From Nemertoderma westbladi (lineage: Eukaryota; Animalia; Xenacoelomorpha): a stretch of 64,000 bases of DNA. Under the pieces are notes generated by a model. The model did not search any database and had not been told where the DNA came from. It saw nothing but the letters and a program-made list of their open reading frames with translations. Shown piece by piece: positions 50,232 to 60,545 of the stretch (the stretch's first letter is position 1; the number at the start of each line of letters is the position of its first letter). Both the position numbers and the translations under genes were made by a program. The stretch lies in NCBI GenBank assembly GCA_032718475.1, contig JAUCBJ010007477.1:76933-140932 (forward strand), read 5' to 3'.

Positions 50232-50917
50232 CATAATAATATTCGGGGAACTCCTGGCGTCGGCGTTCGGTGCGCCCAGCGTTGAGCGGGAGGTGACCCT
50301 GTCCCGGGGGTACCTCGACAGGGAAGGTAGGGAGGTAGGGGGAGTGCGGGCGGATTTGGTCGCACGGGGGGTTTGGGCGAACCAGAGAGTGGCGTCGTTT
50401 GATATTGCGGTAATTAACGCTGACGCCACCTCTTACGCCCAGACCAACCGCTCGACCGAGTCCCTCCTGGAGCAGCGGTGCCGGTTAAAGAAGATGCATT
50501 ACCGGACCGTCTGTGAAGACCGGAGGATGTCGTTCACCCCTCTGGTGGGCACCACCGACGGTGTCTGGAGCGCCGAGGCACAGATCCTCATCCGCCATCT
50601 CGCCGAGACACTCGTGACCCGGCGGGATGGAATGCGAGAGAGGGGCCTCGCGTGTGTCATGGGGGGTGTTCGACGGCGGCTGCAGTTCGCGCTTCTCCGG
50701 TCCAGCTCCCTCTGCCTCCGGGGCGGCCGACGGTCGTGGCGAGGCTTGGGTTTCGGGGACGGGGCCGGTCTGCGAGGTGCGGGGCTGGCAGACCAGTGGT
50801 GATGGGTATTTGTATTTTTTATTTGTATAACGGTCTAATATATATATATATATATTGTGTTCAAATACTTATTAGATAATTACAGATGAATTATTATAAT
50901 ACAAATAGGCTAAAAGA
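50232..50917 (+). mobile_element. 5'-truncated CRE-like (RLE-endonuclease) non-LTR retroposon
   Basis: RADL..RGVW..FDI.V..KK..Y..FTPLV.TTDG..EA..LLRS..CLRG restriction-like endonuclease; GC-rich. 14-bp TSD ATTTTAATAATATT; empty site at 20291-20304. Confidence 0.8.
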
Positions 50918-51096
50918 ATTTTAATAATATTTATTTCAATCGATAATTCATTATACCAACAAATAATTTAACAAATTAAAATTTTCCACCACAAAATAAT
51001 AATAATTAGTTAACCATGTCTGGCTCGTTACAGCGACACTGCCTACGAACATGGACTATTTATATAATAAAGTTTCTACCACTCGAAGATTCACAC

Positions 51097-51647
51097 TGAA
51101 AGTTTATTCTTCTTCATCCGTATCATTGACGATGTCCTCTTCAAAGTCGCTGATATCTTCATACACATAGCTAGGTGTTTTATTCACGATGAGATCAATT
51201 TTTCGCTTAAGCGCTTGTTCTTTTATCGCTTGAGGTGTTTTCATCTTCATCTGAGCGCTCACACCCCCCAACGAGGGTATCAATATCCTTATAATCATTC
51301 TTTTTTTCAGCGCCGTCTACCCGTTCATTTTCTGCAATTGCGGGCAACCAGATTTTTTTCTCATCCATTTTCTTAGCAGTGACTTTTACTGCTTCGTACG
51401 TCTTCAGCTGACTAGCGTTGTTCGGCATTTGCACTTTCATTAGTTCCTTGTCCGCTAATTCATCAATCGCAGCCTCAACAACTAACTTTTTAATCGGTAG
51501 AAACTCACACCCAGACGGAATATCGTGGCCCGCGTACTTCTGTAATTCCTTAATTATCTTGACATTTGTGTTGTTTCGAGGGATGAAAATAACCTTGGTG
51601 TCGAAGTTGTGGGACAAACATATCCCGTTTTCATTAACGGTTGATGT
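51097..51647 (-). pseudogene. PC4-like gene 3' fragment
   Basis: Near-identical to 20470-21020. Confidence 0.75.
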
Positions 51648-52072
51648 TTAATGTTTAATGTTTAAGGTATTAGAAAGCCTAAGCTTGTTGAACCTGTACA
51701 AGTAAAATCAACAATCGAACAATAATACAAAATAAATCTAAGTACGTTGATATATGTAAATAAGTTATGTTAGAACTACATAAATTATATTTAAAATAGC
51801 ATATGTAATGGTTAAAATCTGGTTAAAACTACTAGTTCGCGAATAATAGTTAAAAAAAAAAAAGTTTAACCTCTAAGTAAAATAATTATATGTTGAATAA
51901 AAATTGGAGGATCAGTAGATTACACTAAAAGGTTTTACATATAATAGGTATAACATATCTTTGAATTCATAGAGATTATTTAAAACCTCGTTTGTAAAAA
52001 AGGTTTGTTAAAAAATGAAATAAAATTAATTAAAAATATAAAAAATATATGATAAAACAACGAATGAAAGTT

Positions 52073-52930
52073 AGTAGTATGCTAAACAACGGGATTGAGA
52101 CAGCGTCTGCCATAGTCTACCATGTTAAAGAATTTGCCGAACGGCTCTTGCCCCGCCTACTTACTATGATTACTATTGTTGCCCCACCCACTTACTATGG
52201 TTACCATGGTTACCATTGTGCATATGTAACATATGTCACCACTGTGTATATGTGACATATGCGGTATAAGGCCAGTTTGCAGGCGGAAGTAATTTCATTA
52301 ATTTGTGTCTACCGGTTGGCGTTTGACCTTGAACCGCAATAGGTAAAACCCAATATAGTAAGTGGGTTGCAGACGTTTGTTATAAAAGTCTTTAACATGA
52401 TTTGATTATTCTACCTATGGGGCGAGCCATGAAGTGAGTGATAGCGTCGAAGTGTGAGTGATAGCGTCGAAGTAAGGTTATGACGCAACAACTAAAAAAG
52501 GTAAATAAACACAGACTTATGGGGGCGAGCCATGAAGTGAGTGATTGGTGTTTGATCTTGAACCGTAATAGGTAAAACCCAATATAGTAATCGGGTTGCA
52601 GACGTTTGTTATAAAAGTCTTTAATGATTTGATTATTCTACTTATGGGGCGAGCCATGAAGTGAGTGATAGCATCGAAGTAAGGTTATGACGCAACAACT
52701 AAAAAGGTAAATAAACACAGACTTATGGGGGCGAGCCATGAAGTGAGTGATAGCATCGAAGTGAGGTTATTGTATTTATACTTATCACTACGCAACAAGT
52801 TGTGGGGGCGAGCCGTGAAGTGAGTATAAGGTTATAGTATTTATAATATTATTTTAATTTGATTATTCTACCTATGGGGCGAGCCATGAAGTGAGTGATA
52901 GCATCGAAGTAAGGTTATTGTATTTATAAT
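52073..52930 (+). repeat. Type-1 TIR with subterminal tandem repeats
   Basis: Inverse of 16860-17610; several ggggcgagccatgaagtgagtgatagc units. Confidence 0.88.
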
Positions 52931-52957
52931 TATTAATTGTCGAAATTATTACTTACA

Positions 52958-53239
52958 TTAATTTTCGGTTGGAGGCGGCGTATGTGTTTCGCCGACCATT
53001 CGCAGGGGGCATACACACATCGATCGCCCCCCAGCGATCGGCAAGACGATCGCCGGGCGCGTCGGGACCAAATCATCATTATACCGTGAGTTAAATTCAA
53101 TTGAGTGCATCACCCGCACCCTGCGTGCCCACTCAGCTTTTTTGAGACGAATCTTGTTCGATTTTTCCAAATTAAATGGCGGAGGATGATACTCGAAGGG
53201 TTGGACAACTAACTTCGGGTTTTTACCGCCTTCAGCCAT
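52958..53239 (-). CDS. Small subterminal accessory protein (CxCP...TPPPTEN family)
   Basis: Conserved ORF with a paralog at 31355-31630. Confidence 0.55.
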   Translation of the reverse strand: MAEGGKNPKLVVQPFEYHPPPFNLEKSNKIRLKKAEWARRVRVMHSIEFNSRYNDDLVPTRPAIVLPIAGGRSMCVCPLRMVGETHTPPPTEN

Positions 53240-53603
53240 TGAAATTGAATTGAAAATTAATTTAATAATTAATAAATTATAAGAATAATATTAAAAATTA
53301 AAATAATAAAGTGATGCCGCTATCACTATTCTCAATGTTATTATATAGCAAACTACAACAGAACTAACTACTTTGGTAAGGCTAATTTTCTATGCTTCGC
53401 GGCGTATCTATATTATATTATTATCTATATATTATTTCTTTTGCAAAACTGCCCACATATGTGAGTAAATTGAACTCAGAGCTTTGATTGTCGTTAGAGC
53501 GTTTAATTATTGCCTAATTCGCGTAGCCTGGATTGAGATTCTGGCCTTTGTGTTAACCGCATAAGTTGGGCGGCAGATGCTTGGGTCCCAATGTGCTCTG
53601 TGC

Positions 53604-53885
53604 CTAATTATTATTATTTCCGGTTTTACCAGCCGCCCACACGTTAAAGAGACCCCCGCCCGTAAGGTTTCTGTGATGAAAATTAAAAACGAATAGTGCC
53701 GTGTGAAGACCCCAACCCATATCACTTACCGTGTCCCATATATTTATTAAAAATATTGCTATTACTATATACCCAAGAAATAAATATTTATTATTAATAT
53801 TAACGCTAATAATATGTTCACACACCGTAATTGAATATACCCATAACCAAAATAAATAAATTATTTTATTAATGAAAGTGTCCAC
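53604..53885 (-). CDS. Small putative membrane protein
   Basis: Hydrophobic segments IIYLFWLWVYSI and YLFLGYIVIAIFLINIW. Confidence 0.4.
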   Translation of the reverse strand: MDTFINKIIYLFWLWVYSITVCEHIISVNINNKYLFLGYIVIAIFLINIWDTVSDMGWGLHTALFVFNFHHRNLTGGGLFNVWAAGKTGNNNN

Positions 53886-54301
53886 TGTAATAACAATAAA
53901 TCATTGTACCGCAAATTAGAGGTGAATATATTCATTGCTCTGGGATTTTTCGGCACCTCGGTTAAATAATACAGACAAAATAGACCACACTGAGTCGATT
54001 GTGGCGCTTGAAATATTTTACGATTCCAAGTATGCCTTTGGGTATATTTATGCAACCAATATGATATTTTTGGTGGAGGCGCTTTACCAAACGAATCTAA
54101 ATAATAAGCAATTCTGTTAACCACGCGCACGCAAGACCAGTGTTGTCCAGGTAGGCCTATACGTTGATTATTAATAATAAATGAATAATTTTGTTTATGC
54201 TTATTTTTTTTTGTGTGTATTATGTGTAATTGGTCGATTGCGTAAACACCGATGTATTCGGACCCCACCGGGAATTTCGCTAATTGTATAGAGTCCAACA
54301 T
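53861..54301 (-). CDS. Adenain-like (C5) maturation cysteine protease
   Basis: Catalytic H (GQHW), D (YLDSFG) and C (QSTQCGLFC). Confidence 0.92.
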   Translation of the reverse strand: MLDSIQLAKFPVGSEYIGVYAIDQLHIIHTKKNKHKQNYSFIINNQRIGLPGQHWSCVRVVNRIAYYLDSFGKAPPPKISYWLHKYTQRHTWNRKIFQAPQSTQCGLFCLYYLTEVPKNPRAMNIFTSNLRYNDLLLLQWTLSLIK

Positions 54302-54331
54302 CTTAGCGTACGCGTATCATTAAAAGTTTAT

Positions 54332-55582
54332 TTATTCAGTTATTATTTCCTTGGCTTCCGAAATAGATAGAAGAGCGTCATAGCTTGCCATTAATATAAC
54401 GTTAATAGTGTTAACTAGCGCATTACTAAATTTCAGAATCAAATGCCCACTAGTATGAACACTAGGTTGAATCTCATGGCTTTGATCCCCGCCGGCAGTA
54501 AGATCAAATACGATCAAAGGAAATTGGGTACGAAATCGTTCTGGTGTTAGCGAGCAAAATACGCCGCTCAAGCTCTTGAACACGTTCATTAAACTTTCGA
54601 ATTCCAACATAAAATTGTTTTCTGGAAAGTTAGGGCGATATGGATACCCGTGTATAATACGGGAGTCGATGTTTAGTTCAGCATAATTTAAACCGAAATG
54701 GTTAAAATGTAACGGATTACTGCTTAATTCCCCGTTGAAGCTGGCGTTGGTAAGCATTCCAACCAAAATATACTTAGGTAATTTCCCTTGGATTATGTTC
54801 GATTCTGTATAACTGGATTGCCCACCGCCAATAGTGAAGGTTTTCACTTCTTGTTTTAACAAGTTATAAATAAAGTCATTTTTTTGTGACCCCAACAAAT
54901 GCGCGCGCATAACCTCAGCATCAATCTTGTGGCGTTTTATTTTTAAATTAATATTCATGATTTCAACTCTCGGGTTTACCAATCCTGCGGGGGGTTCAAC
55001 TTTCAAAAAAAAATTATTCGATACTCGGTCTATACGAAGTCGAATGTTAATTCCCGGCGGCAGTAATTTGTCCTGGCTTGCCAGGTCTAAAAAAATTGGG
55101 GCCACAACGAATTTAACATAATTCCCACGAACGTCATTCTCAGTAGCGACAGGTACCCCACCTAGATTATTATCATTATCTTCATACCCACCAGCACTTA
55201 AAATACTGCGTTTTTCGTTAGCATCTGTCAACAGTAATGTCTGAAACGTAGACTTATAGGCGTAGAACCCATTCGAGGTTTCAACTAGCTTTTCATTTAA
55301 ATATAACGAACAATTTTCAAATTGTGACCCACCCGGGTAATTAAGATGGTGGAGGGTTGTATCGTCGTTAGCCCTATTACCATCCCATGTAATTTTATAT
55401 TTAATGTGAAATTTCGAATTCTTTAAATCAGTATATAGAACATTTGACTGGGGTATAAAGAACTCGATTTGTCGGGCATTCGCGTCAAGAGTAGAAATCG
55501 GGTAGATATCCGAAAAATGTGAAGATGTATATTCTCGCTGATTTGTTTTACTTGAGAATAATGATAATTCTAATTTACTCAT
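54332..55582 (-). CDS. Major capsid protein (double jelly-roll, PY/hexon-like)
   Basis: 416 aa; ELSLF..T, IEF, QDKLLP, LPK.I.VG...F.G...NP..F motifs typical of Polinton MCP. Confidence 0.9.
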   Translation of the reverse strand: MSKLELSLFSSKTNQREYTSSHFSDIYPISTLDANARQIEFFIPQSNVLYTDLKNSKFHIKYKITWDGNRANDDTTLHHLNYPGGSQFENCSLYLNEKLVETSNGFYAYKSTFQTLLLTDANEKRSILSAGGYEDNDNNLGGVPVATENDVRGNYVKFVVAPIFLDLASQDKLLPPGINIRLRIDRVSNNFFLKVEPPAGLVNPRVEIMNINLKIKRHKIDAEVMRAHLLGSQKNDFIYNLLKQEVKTFTIGGGQSSYTESNIIQGKLPKYILVGMLTNASFNGELSSNPLHFNHFGLNYAELNIDSRIIHGYPYRPNFPENNFMLEFESLMNVFKSLSGVFCSLTPERFRTQFPLIVFDLTAGGDQSHEIQPSVHTSGHLILKFSNALVNTINVILMASYDALLSISEAKEIITE

Positions 55583-55591
55583 TTTGTTAAG

Positions 55592-56119
55592 TTACATAAA
55601 AATATCGCGACATTTATTATTTCGCTTTTTACGTTTGCGCCCAACGTTCATACCCACACTTGGGTGTCGTCGTTTCCCGCTCCTCTTTTTTTTAATTTTC
55701 GGGTTTGTAAATTCATTGTATACCTGTTGGGCGATTTGGCGAGTCTTTGGATGAGGTTCTAACCGCTCGGCCACTTTATTTATCAAATCATCTGCTTTAC
55801 TGCGTAAAATACGTTTTCCTTCCGGTATTATGTATTTCCGCGCTACTTTCGCTGCTTTGGGGAGTGCTTTAGTTAGCACCTTTCTCCCTAACTTGCGGGC
55901 TAATATACCCAGACCAGTTGTTAATATTCCGCGTCCGCGCTGGCGATTTTGGGTGTATCGCCGCCCGAATTTATTATTCTTATTATTCCATATACCAGTA
56001 GATGGGCCAAACCCTGGGAGAATGCTTCCACCCTTAAAAACGGGTATATCGCTATAATTCCCACTTCCCAGTTGGATTTGTGGGGTGCTATATAATTTAA
56101 ACAAATCAGAATCTGACAT
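55592..56119 (-). CDS. Basic core/membrane-lytic precursor-like protein ('Cupiennin'-like)
   Basis: QLGSG, PVFKGG and QRGRG protease-type sites followed by an amphipathic basic helix; lies upstream of MCP. Confidence 0.65.
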   Translation of the reverse strand: MSDSDLFKLYSTPQIQLGSGNYSDIPVFKGGSILPGFGPSTGIWNNKNNKFGRRYTQNRQRGRGILTTGLGILARKLGRKVLTKALPKAAKVARKYIIPEGKRILRSKADDLINKVAERLEPHPKTRQIAQQVYNEFTNPKIKKKRSGKRRHPSVGMNVGRKRKKRNNKCRDIFM

Positions 56120-56382
56120 TATTATGAGTATTTATTATAACATATAATAATAATTCTTTACTACATACGTATATGTGTAATCTACAAATATAAGTAGCAT
56201 ATAATAACGCAATAATTAATTATATATACATTAATTCGACGACAACCATTTCCCATAACCAACCGCGAGTTTCGCAGGAGTATTTATTATAACATATAAT
56301 AATAATTCTTTACTACATACGTATATGTGTAATCTACAAATATAAGTAGCATATAATAACGCAATAATTAATTATATATACA

Positions 56383-56979
56383 TTAATTCGACGACAACCA
56401 TTTCCCATAACCAACCGCGAGTTTCGCAGAACAATAATTAAAACAAGAATCACTATTATCAGAATGGTAGGCACAATTTGTTATTGCCGAAAAATCGTGA
56501 AAAAGGCATTTGGTGTCATAATCAACATATTTTTCGTTTATGCCGTACGTTTCTAGAAGTGTTCCATTCACATTAAATTCATTTTTTAAAATAAATAATT
56601 TCGGTATTCCGCGTATTAATATTTGAAACCCCAACCGTTTTTTTTCTTGTAACCATTCCTGTATGTACATTTTAAATGCGCTTTGGTCCATAAATCCGTA
56701 GTCAAAATTAATGTGATGCGTAATATTGGCGAGTTGTGTGAGACGGTCGTATTCGCTTAAACTTAAAATTTTTGCAGGTGGACCATTAATAAACCATACG
56801 TTTTCTAATGATTTGATGGTAGTATTATAAGCCGCAAACTCTTTAAAATAAATGGTTGCAACGGGGTGTTGGTCGATCTGCGGAAGATGCGTATAATATT
56901 GGAAATCTACTATTATTCCCGGGTTTTCCAGCGTCGGGTAATAATCACGCCCACGGCTGCGACTTAGAAATTTATCCAT
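56383..56979 (-). CDS. Conserved Polinton DEDD-exonuclease-like protein with Cys/His tail
   Basis: VDFQ..KEFA..HHI.F..G..IRG..K..C..H..C pattern; 3' end tandemly duplicated (56130-56430). Confidence 0.55.
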   Translation of the reverse strand: MDKFLSRSRGRDYYPTLENPGIIVDFQYYTHLPQIDQHPVATIYFKEFAAYNTTIKSLENVWFINGPPAKILSLSEYDRLTQLANITHHINFDYGFMDQSAFKMYIQEWLQEKKRLGFQILIRGIPKLFILKNEFNVNGTLLETYGINEKYVDYDTKCLFHDFSAITNCAYHSDNSDSCFNYCSAKLAVGYGKWLSSN

Positions 56980-57053
56980 ATAGTCGCTATAACTTCAGAT
57001 AATCAGATAATAATAAATAATAAATAATTTACATCGATTAAATTGTGACTATC

Positions 57054-57857
57054 TCAATCAATTCGTATAAAATGAAGCGTCAATATTGAATTTCCATAAT
57101 GAAAGCGCAACAAATTTCCGGAATCTCCAATCAATCGAACTCGTATATAACGTAAATTAGATGTTGAATTAACTTTTTTATAGTAGACTTCCTCAACTTC
57201 ACGACTAATAATTTGCCCATATTCCCCTTCTATGGGTATGCTACGCAACAGAGGGTATTCGCTATTGTCTACAAATTGAGGTTCGACGCAATTGATATGT
57301 ATATTTATGTTGGGTTCCAGTATTTCGACAGCATTAGGATGCTTATGGCAGTCGTACTTATTATTCCACGAATCAATCCTTAGCAAGTGATAATCCCCCG
57401 CAGCATTTTGCACACACATAAAACCTTTGCCATCAACCTCGTGTTCTGTTAATCCTAGGTAACCACCCAAACGTTTACTGACAAATATCGACAACTGTTT
57501 ACCTTTAAAATGTATGGTTATATTACCAGAGCGTGCTGTATTATCAATTATATTAATTTGGCCTTTAATAAGGCTTTTGTTGAAGTACTCAATGATCCTT
57601 TCCAATGATAGGAAAGATCCTTCGGGGAGAGTAACATCTCTTGTAAACATTTTTTTATTTTTTATGGCCTTTATATAAATGTCGCTATTGTCATACCTGA
57701 TACTAGATACGTACGTTATACCGGTTAAACCTATTAACCATTGCCCTTTAGCGAAAGGTAAAGGAATTTGCAAATTTGTTTGGAAATCGCCGGCGCTATT
57801 ACGCGGGAATTCTATGGGGTTTGCGTTTGAGGGTAGTACAACGTAATAACTGTTCAT
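57054..57857 (-). CDS. Minor capsid protein 1 (penton/PX-like)
   Basis: YVVLPSNA..N.A.DF.T.L..W.IGL..I; C-terminal PLLR.I..YY...I.V.L..F..LTLHF. Confidence 0.85.
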   Translation of the reverse strand: MNSYYVVLPSNANPIEFPRNSAGDFQTNLQIPLPFAKGQWLIGLTGITYVSSIRYDNSDIYIKAIKNKKMFTRDVTLPEGSFLSLERIIEYFNKSLIKGQINIIDNTARSGNITIHFKGKQLSIFVSKRLGGYLGLTEHEVDGKGFMCVQNAAGDYHLLRIDSWNNKYDCHKHPNAVEILEPNINIHINCVEPQFVDNSEYPLLRSIPIEGEYGQIISREVEEVYYKKVNSTSNLRYIRVRLIGDSGNLLRFHYGNSILTLHFIRID

Positions 57858-58738
57858 TCTTGTAGTTTTTGTCGCCGTTGTTGTTTTTTGAGTTCTAGAA
57901 CTAAAATTGTTTTACCTCCATGAAAGACTATATGCTTTCCTTTATGGTCGCGAAGCGTTATACTAATTGTGTCGAGCACTTTTTTATTTCTTAATTGTTT
58001 GTAATGTGTGTTTTTGAATTCCAGGTTGATGAATGAGTATGGTTCCCATTTCAAAGGGATTATCCGCAAAAGAGGCGCCATCGAATGTCCTACGTGAGAA
58101 GATTCAATCATATCTGTATATATAAACATTGTGTGTCTATCCCTCGTTATATCGCAAGGTTCGGGGAATTCAACTCCATCCGCTTTGTTTGTATCTTTAC
58201 AGCCTAAGTTCAATAAACCATCATCTTTGTTATAGTGTATTGCCCAAAGCGCCCCAAGACCCATTAAATTATTTTTTAAACTCGATAACCCGAAAATATT
58301 TATTATATCTCCATAGAATTGGAAATAGCGGCCTTTCTCACAATGTAGACGAATTTTTGATGTATGTTTTTGGTAGTTAAACTTAACATCTTTGAAACCG
58401 TGGTGGGATATTGCGGGATTTTTCAAATAAACACTAATATGGTTTAAAATTGACTCAATAGAAGCATATAGACCAAGATTAAAATCGATTTCTATAAGAT
58501 TGTATGGAGCTATATGAAATTCCAAATCCTCATCAACCATATATTCACCAATTCTAATTCGAGATCTTTGTTCAATATTTCTATAGGTCGACACATACTG
58601 TATTTCCTTTAGACCCACGACCCAATCTGCGCTGACGGGGATAGGTTTGGACAACTCAATCGTGAAATCGCTGGGAGTGTTATCAGGATATTTATCTAGA
58701 CTGGCGTTGGAAGTCAACGTTAAATGTAAGTAATCCAT
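57854..58738 (-). CDS. Minor capsid protein 2 (penton/PX-like)
   Basis: LTLTSNAS..YPDNT.SDF..W.VGL.EI; FIYTD.IE.S.VG..APLLR. Confidence 0.85.
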   Translation of the reverse strand: MDYLHLTLTSNASLDKYPDNTPSDFTIELSKPIPVSADWVVGLKEIQYVSTYRNIEQRSRIRIGEYMVDEDLEFHIAPYNLIEIDFNLGLYASIESILNHISVYLKNPAISHHGFKDVKFNYQKHTSKIRLHCEKGRYFQFYGDIINIFGLSSLKNNLMGLGALWAIHYNKDDGLLNLGCKDTNKADGVEFPEPCDITRDRHTMFIYTDMIESSHVGHSMAPLLRIIPLKWEPYSFINLEFKNTHYKQLRNKKVLDTISITLRDHKGKHIVFHGGKTILVLELKKQQRRQKLQE

Positions 58739-58752
58739 AATAATATAATTAA

Positions 58753-59838
58753 TTATTGTACGTGATCAACCCACCGATGTGCCGCAAAACCAACAAATTT
58801 AACCAAATATTGCTTTTTGCCGCTTTTATTTACTTTTTCTTTAATTATTTTTTCAATTGGTAGGAATTGAAATGGTTCTATTACCTTTTGGATTTCATGC
58901 CGATAAAATGTCCCCTTTATAACGCGCCCATTCGAGTCCGCAACTTCGTACATAGGGTACGGCTCTCGATCCAATCTTATTCTGTAAATTTTGAAAATTT
59001 CTACAGTATAATTAGGTGTATAACCTTTGTCAAATGGCTTTCTAGCTAAACTCAGCCGCACCTTATCACCAACCTTGAAATGAACTCGACGCTGCGCACG
59101 GCGTTTTCTTTTATTGGGATGACCCACACTCCCATATAGTTTTAAAAATAGGTCAGTTTCATTCTTTTTATTGACAGAGTTTGGCGCCATACCAATGGTT
59201 CTATGTATTGAATTATTATATGCAACCAATATTTTTGGCAATATACCCATCCATTCTCTATTCTGTTTCCTCGTGAAAATTCTGTACATGCGAGATTTGA
59301 GGGTGCGATTCAGCCTTTCACAGATACTAGCTTTAAATTGGCTAACTAAAGTATAAAAATGAACATTATTGTTCAGTAAGAAATCTTTCACCAATTTATT
59401 AACAAACTCAGTTCCTTGATCAACCGCTAGCCGTTTAGGTTTTCTATCTTCAAATATCGCGGCTAGGGCCCTTTTAATTTCGACCCCTGTTTTACGTTTT
59501 AGACCCAACGCCCACGCCTTCCGACTAAAACAGTCAATACAAGTAAGTATGTAACCGTAGCCATTATTCTCACCCCTAAAAGGTTGCATATCGCACAAAT
59601 CCGCTTGGTATAGATCACCAATACCGCTCGTGAAGATTTTTGATGTCGGGTAATGGCGCCTAGCCGGCGCGTGTAGGGAATACGTTCGTTGGGAGCTCAA
59701 CCATTCTTTTGCGCGATTTCTCGTAACTTTAGCGGCTTTCGCTAGTTTGGTTACGCTCGCGAAACCGGCAGCATTTGAAACATCGTAATATATTCTTCCC
59801 AGTCGTTTGTTTGTTCGATTTTCTACGATTCTCCCCAT
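58753..59838 (-). CDS. RVE (DDE) integrase with C-terminal chromodomain-like region
   Basis: QADLCDM, AVDQGTEF and ICERLNRTLK triad; IEKII..QYLVKF.G..W. Confidence 0.95.
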   Translation of the reverse strand: MGRIVENRTNKRLGRIYYDVSNAAGFASVTKLAKAAKVTRNRAKEWLSSQRTYSLHAPARRHYPTSKIFTSGIGDLYQADLCDMQPFRGENNGYGYILTCIDCFSRKAWALGLKRKTGVEIKRALAAIFEDRKPKRLAVDQGTEFVNKLVKDFLLNNNVHFYTLVSQFKASICERLNRTLKSRMYRIFTRKQNREWMGILPKILVAYNNSIHRTIGMAPNSVNKKNETDLFLKLYGSVGHPNKRKRRAQRRVHFKVGDKVRLSLARKPFDKGYTPNYTVEIFKIYRIRLDREPYPMYEVADSNGRVIKGTFYRHEIQKVIEPFQFLPIEKIIKEKVNKSGKKQYLVKFVGFAAHRWVDHVQ

Positions 59839-59962
59839 CGGTTGTGTCGTGTCGTGGAAGAAAACACTTGCAATGACAGTTAATACTTAATATGAAACGT
59901 TCAAAAAACATACTACTACTACTATTTTAATGTTATCCTGCGCTTTGTTTCCACACGTCGAT

Positions 59963-60424
59963 TTATTGTAGTCCTACGTATTGTTTCCACGCGTCGACGC
60001 GTTTTGTGTTGGAAGGGGTCACGCGGACCCTTTGCCGTTTCAACCAACCGCGACCAATTAATCGTTTTGGTATCCTTAATCGTTTTAATAACCCCAAAAA
60101 TGTTGCTTGTCCTGGAATTATTTCGGTGTTTTTCTTATTTTTTTTTGTAGTCAGCAATTCAATCAAATGATCAATATTTGCTCCGGGAATAAGTTTATTT
60201 TCTATATAGAGTTTATTATTATCGCTCCACCGTACTCTGTCTCGCGAGAATCGCATCAAATAACTCAACAATCGTTTGGCTTTCTGGGATGAAATTGTCA
60301 CACCATCTAGCGGTTGTATTATATTATTGCTTTTCTTATTATTATTATTATAAGTATCCGTTAATAAAGTAGAAACTAGATACAACTTCTTAAAATTTCC
60401 GAGGCTAATCTCGTTATTTTTCAT
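59963..60424 (-). CDS. Conserved Polinton hypothetical protein next to the integrase
   Basis: KAKRLL..W....L.I....IPGANI..LI pattern. Confidence 0.6.
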   Translation of the reverse strand: MKNNEISLGNFKKLYLVSTLLTDTYNNNNKKSNNIIQPLDGVTISSQKAKRLLSYLMRFSRDRVRWSDNNKLYIENKLIPGANIDHLIELLTTKKNKKNTEIIPGQATFLGLLKRLRIPKRLIGRGWLKRQRVRVTPSNTKRVDAWKQYVGLQ

Positions 60425-60545
60425 CGTTATATATCATTATTAATATATTAATACTATATACTAGAGTTCACGTTCATGGACCGATAATAACCTAATTTCG
60501 GTGAAAGTCTAAACAATGTGTGAAAATGGTTTTAGCGCGGCGTCG

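Larger units (their letters stand above)
49131..52072 (+). mobile_element. Duplicate of the inverted type-1 end fragment at 19381-21445
   Basis: AGTATTATGGTAAAC terminus; same frameshift and same Crack-like insert. Confidence 0.85.

Noticed and set aside
52400-52930. Repeat-spacer-like pattern of ggggcgagccatgaagtgagtg
   Set aside because: The intervening sequences are themselves repeated TIR pieces, not unique spacers.
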